This document shows positions 60,559 to 64,000 of a stretch of DNA of 64,000 nucleotides, in pieces. The notes beneath the pieces are model-generated. The model saw only the letters and a list, made by a program, of their open reading frames with translations. It did not search any database and was not told the origin of the DNA. Each line of letters opens with the position of its first letter. The first letter of the stretch is position 1. Origin of the DNA: a virus; the IMG/VR virus record IMGVR_UViG_3300046559_000446, positions 1 through 64,000 of that record. One strand, given 5' to 3'. The translations under genes and the position numbers were made by a program.

Positions 60559-62160
60559 ATGGCTGACCCAGCATCTGACGACATCATGATGCCCACCGAC
60601 ACCGCGCCTGTGGCTGGAGCGCCAGGTAAGGTTGACGCGGATCCCGTGGTCGCCAAAGCCTTGCCTGTGGCCAGGGATGCGACGCCGCCCCTGCTCGCGC
60701 GCAAGCCCGCTGCAGAAGATCCATCAGACAAAAAAGGCGGCGACTGGTTCGGGCAGAACCGAAGCTGGCTAATCCCGCTGTTGAGCGGTGTCGGCGGCAT
60801 GGCGTCTTCAAACAGCCCATACCTCGGCACCGCTCTATTGCAGGGCCTCGGACAGGGCGCGCAGGCTTACGCCGGCGAGCAGAGAAGCGAAGCTGAACTG
60901 GCGGGCAAGCAGTCTGAGACGCGGCGCAATGACATTGGCGCAACGACAGAGGCCGCCGCTCTCAAGGAACGCGGCATCTACACGAAGGACGGCCTCCGGA
61001 TGGTCAATCCAGTGGATGGCCCTCCGATGACGTTTGCTGCGTGGCTTCAACTGGAGAAGCAGGGCCGCGCGCCGAAACTTATTGGCGAAGACGAGGTGCG
61101 TGGTTCGGCTGAGTATTCGGGTCACACGAACCAGCCCGTAACCATGACGGGCGGCACAAGCGGTCCTGCCGGCGGTCCAGGCGCAACAGGGACGGCCCCA
61201 GTGGCGGGCGCAGGCGCAACAGACGCGGCCCCGGTAGCGGGCGCAGGCGCAACAGACGCGGCCCCGGTAGCGGGTGGCGCTCCTGCAGGCCATTCTCATT
61301 TCATGCCCGAAGCCAAGCCGCTTCCTCCAAAGACTGATGTGGAGGCATCAACGGGCGTTGGCGGCGCGGGCGAGTCGATCATGAATGAAGCGCATGATCG
61401 CTACTTTATAAATCAAAACGCCTATGCTGCAGCCCAGAAAATATCGGCTCCGCTAGAAGCCAAGATTGCGGGCGATGCGGAAGACGCCAGGTCGCAGCGC
61501 CCTGCCATGAACACTCTGGCCGACAAGCTTCTTCAGATACCCAAAGACAGCCTTTTGAAAGCCGACACTCTAGCTCCGCTCACGCATAACATTGGCAACT
61601 ATTGGAATGCGGCGCTGGGCCGCGCTGCGGCGATGTTCCCTGACAAAAAAGAGGAAATAGCCAAGTTAATGCTAAACGAAGGGGATCTTGAGAAAGGCGT
61701 GGCCGCTGACAAATACACGGCGGCGATGCAATTCATGATGGCTGGTGGCGCGGGGCAGAAGGCTCTCGGCGCCCTTGGGGAAGCTTCAAGAGCCATTCCA
61801 GGCAAGCACATGACCAAAGAGGCTGCGATTTCGGTTTTTCAGGGACTTTATAAAGACCAGCAGCGAGCGATCGATCGCGATGCCTATCTCAACGATTGGA
61901 AGATCAAGGCGAACTCAGGCGACAAGCAAGGAGTGGGGCTTTACGCCGCGCAAGACGCCATGCGCGCTTTTGAGAAGGAGCATGGCGATCGCTACGGGCG
62001 CGAGGGCAATTTGTTTGAAGACATCATGAAGATCCAGCATGACAAGACCCATCGTCACCTCTTCTCCGACATCCAGAGCGGTGCAATTTCACCGGATGAC
62101 ATAGAGAAACGGAAGGAGTGGAGGCATATGTCCCGCTGGTTCAGAAATTATGGAGGGTGA
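60559..62160 (+). CDS. DNA-ejection/internal virion protein
   Basis: GMASSNSPYLG.ALLQGLG.G..AY pattern; follows the ejection protein; ATG 60559. Confidence 0.75.
   Translation: MADPASDDIMMPTDTAPVAGAPGKVDADPVVAKALPVARDATPPLLARKPAAEDPSDKKGGDWFGQNRSWLIPLLSGVGGMASSNSPYLGTALLQGLGQGAQAYAGEQRSEAELAGKQSETRRNDIGATTEAAALKERGIYTKDGLRMVNPVDGPPMTFAAWLQLEKQGRAPKLIGEDEVRGSAEYSGHTNQPVTMTGGTSGPAGGPGATGTAPVAGAGATDAAPVAGAGATDAAPVAGGAPAGHSHFMPEAKPLPPKTDVEASTGVGGAGESIMNEAHDRYFINQNAYAAAQKISAPLEAKIAGDAEDARSQRPAMNTLADKLLQIPKDSLLKADTLAPLTHNIGNYWNAALGRAAAMFPDKKEEIAKLMLNEGDLEKGVAADKYTAAMQFMMAGGAGQKALGALGEASRAIPGKHMTKEAAISVFQGLYKDQQRAIDRDAYLNDWKIKANSGDKQGVGLYAAQDAMRAFEKEHGDRYGREGNLFEDIMKIQHDKTHRHLFSDIQSGAISPDDIEKRKEWRHMSRWFRNYGG
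61180..61278 (+). repeat. 33-bp coding tandem repeat x3 (GATDAAPVAGA)
   Basis: GGCGCAACAG..CG.GCCCC.GT.GCGGG.G.. units. Confidence 0.8.
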
Positions 62161-62163
62161 GCC

Positions 62164-64000
62164 GTGGGTGACATTGGCGAATACAACACATCGAGTGACG
62201 CCAAGGCTCCTACTGCGGCTGCGCCCATTGAAGCTGGAGCTTCCGACGCTGCATCGAGGCCTGACGCACACCCGATCCACGAATACAATACACCAAGCGA
62301 TGCCGCCTCTACGGAGGCAAAGGTTGAGACGCCGAAGCCGCCGCCTGATTACGCCAATATGTCCGGTTGGGATGTCGCTAAAGGCACTGCCAAAGCTTTT
62401 ATTCCGTCAGCAGCCGCGAAAGTGGGCGACGTAGTTTCAGGCTTGGGCAGCGCGGCCAAGCATGTCTATGACACGCATGAGCTTCCCGGCAAAGATCTGG
62501 TTCAAGGCGCCGATGCGTGGGTCAACAGGAAGCTTTCGGACTATGCTCCCGAAACCATGAAGGTGGTCAACAAGGCGATAGGCTACACGCCGCCTTCGGA
62601 CGCGGAGTACGAGGCGAAGGTGAAGCCGGCGACCGAAGCTGCTTCCGCTGCTTACCACAGCACCGTGGACCCCTTCACATCGTGGCCTAAGTTCGCTGAG
62701 AAGATGACCACAGACCCTGTAGATCCGCTGCTCAACGTCGCCAGCGTGGCGATGCCGGCTCTGCGCGTGGCCAGAACCGGAGCCGAATTGACTGGCTTGG
62801 CTTCCAAGGCTGGCAAGGCGGCTGACCTCACTAAGGTGACGACCCCCGGCGAGCTAGGCCAGGCTGTCCACGGCGCTGCGTCTGAGGCGCTCGCCGCGAA
62901 AGATCTCGCTTATAAGAAAGCTTTCAGCCACACCGCTACGTTTGACCCCGCTGCGGTTCAACCCATCATGAGCGAAGTGCAGGCCAATCTCGCCAACACG
63001 CCAAACTTCCCAGGCTTGAACCGTCTTGACAAGCACCCGCACCTCGCGGACGCCAAGGTGGCGTATGACCATTTGGAGAACAGCCTCAAAACCATAGACC
63101 CGAATGATTTCACCATGCCGAACATGGAGAACATCAGGCGCGACCTCCAGCAGAAGGCGATGGAGACAGAAAGCGGCCCCGCTCGCTACATGATCGGCCA
63201 GATGATCGACGGAATCGACACTGGCATCAGCAAGGTGGCCGTGAAGCCGGGAATGTACGGCGGCGACGGCGCTGCGGTGGCGAGCGACATGGCCAAAGCT
63301 CGCAAGTTGAACGTCGACTGGATCAAGCAATTCGGCAGTGAGGCGCCATCGAGCTTCAAGCCCACGATGAACACGCTCCCGAAAGACCTGGCGACGGCTG
63401 ACGACAACCACTTCCACGCCGTCGGCACGGGCCTCGGCAATGCGCTGATGAATGAGGGCAAGGGCGGCGTTCTCTACAGCCATCTCAAGCAGTTTGTGCC
63501 GAAGGAAACACTCGACAATTACCTGCGCCAGCCGATGCTGGCGGGCGATTCGGCAACCGTGATGAAGCGTCTAAACGCGCCCGTCGCGCAGGATGTCTTT
63601 GGCTCCGATCTGGACAAGGTCAAGAGACTAGCCGCCTCACAGGACACCAAGACGCTCATGGGCAAGGCGGCCCCGGTCGCTAAGTGGGGGTTGGAGGCAG
63701 CGGCGCCTTTCGTTGGCCACGCGCTGCTTCCGGGTGGCGGCGGCGCCTTGGCTGGGGCAGCAGTGAGTGGTATTGGGGAGCTTGCGAGCAGGAAGTTTTT
63801 CCCGCACGGCGTCGGCAACAGGGCGCCGCTTTTTGAGCGTTATGCAGGCAAGCCGGCGCCTGCGGCGGCCCTGCCAGATAAAGGATTGCGCGCCGCGCTC
63901 CCGCTGGTGAGGCCAAGTAGCTACACGCAATTCCTTAAGCCTTCAACCTACAAGGGCGGGAGGCTTCCTGCAGCAGCCATCGCCGGCCATCGCCCGCCTG
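62164..64000 (+). CDS. Large internal virion/ejection protein, partial (open to the window end)
   Basis: Not in the track; GTG 62164 after GGAGGG; MGDIGEYNTSSDAK...MTTDPVDPLLNVASV...; no stop seen in this frame to 64000. Confidence 0.75.
   Translation, partial: MGDIGEYNTSSDAKAPTAAAPIEAGASDAASRPDAHPIHEYNTPSDAASTEAKVETPKPPPDYANMSGWDVAKGTAKAFIPSAAAKVGDVVSGLGSAAKHVYDTHELPGKDLVQGADAWVNRKLSDYAPETMKVVNKAIGYTPPSDAEYEAKVKPATEAASAAYHSTVDPFTSWPKFAEKMTTDPVDPLLNVASVAMPALRVARTGAELTGLASKAGKAADLTKVTTPGELGQAVHGAASEALAAKDLAYKKAFSHTATFDPAAVQPIMSEVQANLANTPNFPGLNRLDKHPHLADAKVAYDHLENSLKTIDPNDFTMPNMENIRRDLQQKAMETESGPARYMIGQMIDGIDTGISKVAVKPGMYGGDGAAVASDMAKARKLNVDWIKQFGSEAPSSFKPTMNTLPKDLATADDNHFHAVGTGLGNALMNEGKGGVLYSHLKQFVPKETLDNYLRQPMLAGDSATVMKRLNAPVAQDVFGSDLDKVKRLAASQDTKTLMGKAAPVAKWGLEAAAPFVGHALLPGGGGALAGAAVSGIGELASRKFFPHGVGNRAPLFERYAGKPAPAAALPDKGLRAALPLVRPSSYTQFLKPSTYKGGRLPAAAIAGHRPP

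Noticed and set aside
58337-60574. 745-aa reverse-strand ORF, and similar ORFs at 1740-2786, 30414-31763, 46848-48062 and 55667-56944
   Set aside because: Antisense shadows of GC-rich genes with recognisable motifs on the + strand; no RBS or domain signature
1-64000. Integrase, CI repressor, tRNA or rRNA genes
   Set aside because: No tyrosine or serine recombinase, S24 peptidase or RNA-gene signature was recognised; they may lie outside the window

Overview
The whole window reads as most of a tailed dsDNA phage genome. It is GC-rich, podovirus-like (P22-type portal, stabilisation protein and ejection proteins, no tape measure or sheath gene recognised), and the host is probably an alphaproteobacterium, which is an inference. 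Layout: (i) 0-1.7 kb, short leftward genes including a VRR-NUC nuclease and an RHH protein; (ii) 1.7-10.7 kb, a PolA replication module (SF2 helicase, DUF2800 Cas4-like nuclease, DUF2815 SSB, family-A polymerase); (iii) 10.7-17.9 kb, about 30 tiny early genes behind three copies of one strong promoter, including secreted and membrane micro-proteins missing from the ORF track; (iv) 18-21.2 kb, a Prim-Pol primase-helicase followed by an iteron/AT-rich origin candidate; (v) 21.2-24.2 kb, a divergent switch region with four copies of a 15-bp palindromic operator and a Cys-rich radical-SAM-like gene; (vi) 24.2-29.3 kb, terminases followed by a cluster holding a DUF2829 (Tad2-like) and a Gp49/gp66-family candidate nucleotide-signal sponge; (vii) 29.3-64 kb, portal, an HhH-glycosylase-like protein, GroES-like co-chaperonin, scaffold, capsid, three fibres sharing one N-terminal anchor, endolysin/holin, tail proteins and large ejection proteins, one with an internal S74 autocleavage domain plus M15 peptidase and GH24 lysozyme domains. 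No tRNA, rRNA, CRISPR array, integrase or reverse transcriptase was recognised. All family calls come from motif recognition by eye, not database searches. Best leads: the anti-defence sponge cluster, the HhH-glycosylase-like protein in the head operon, a recurrent x-x-x-GG motif in non-shell virion proteins, the operator-controlled radical-SAM-like operon and a secreted 4-Cys hairpin peptide.
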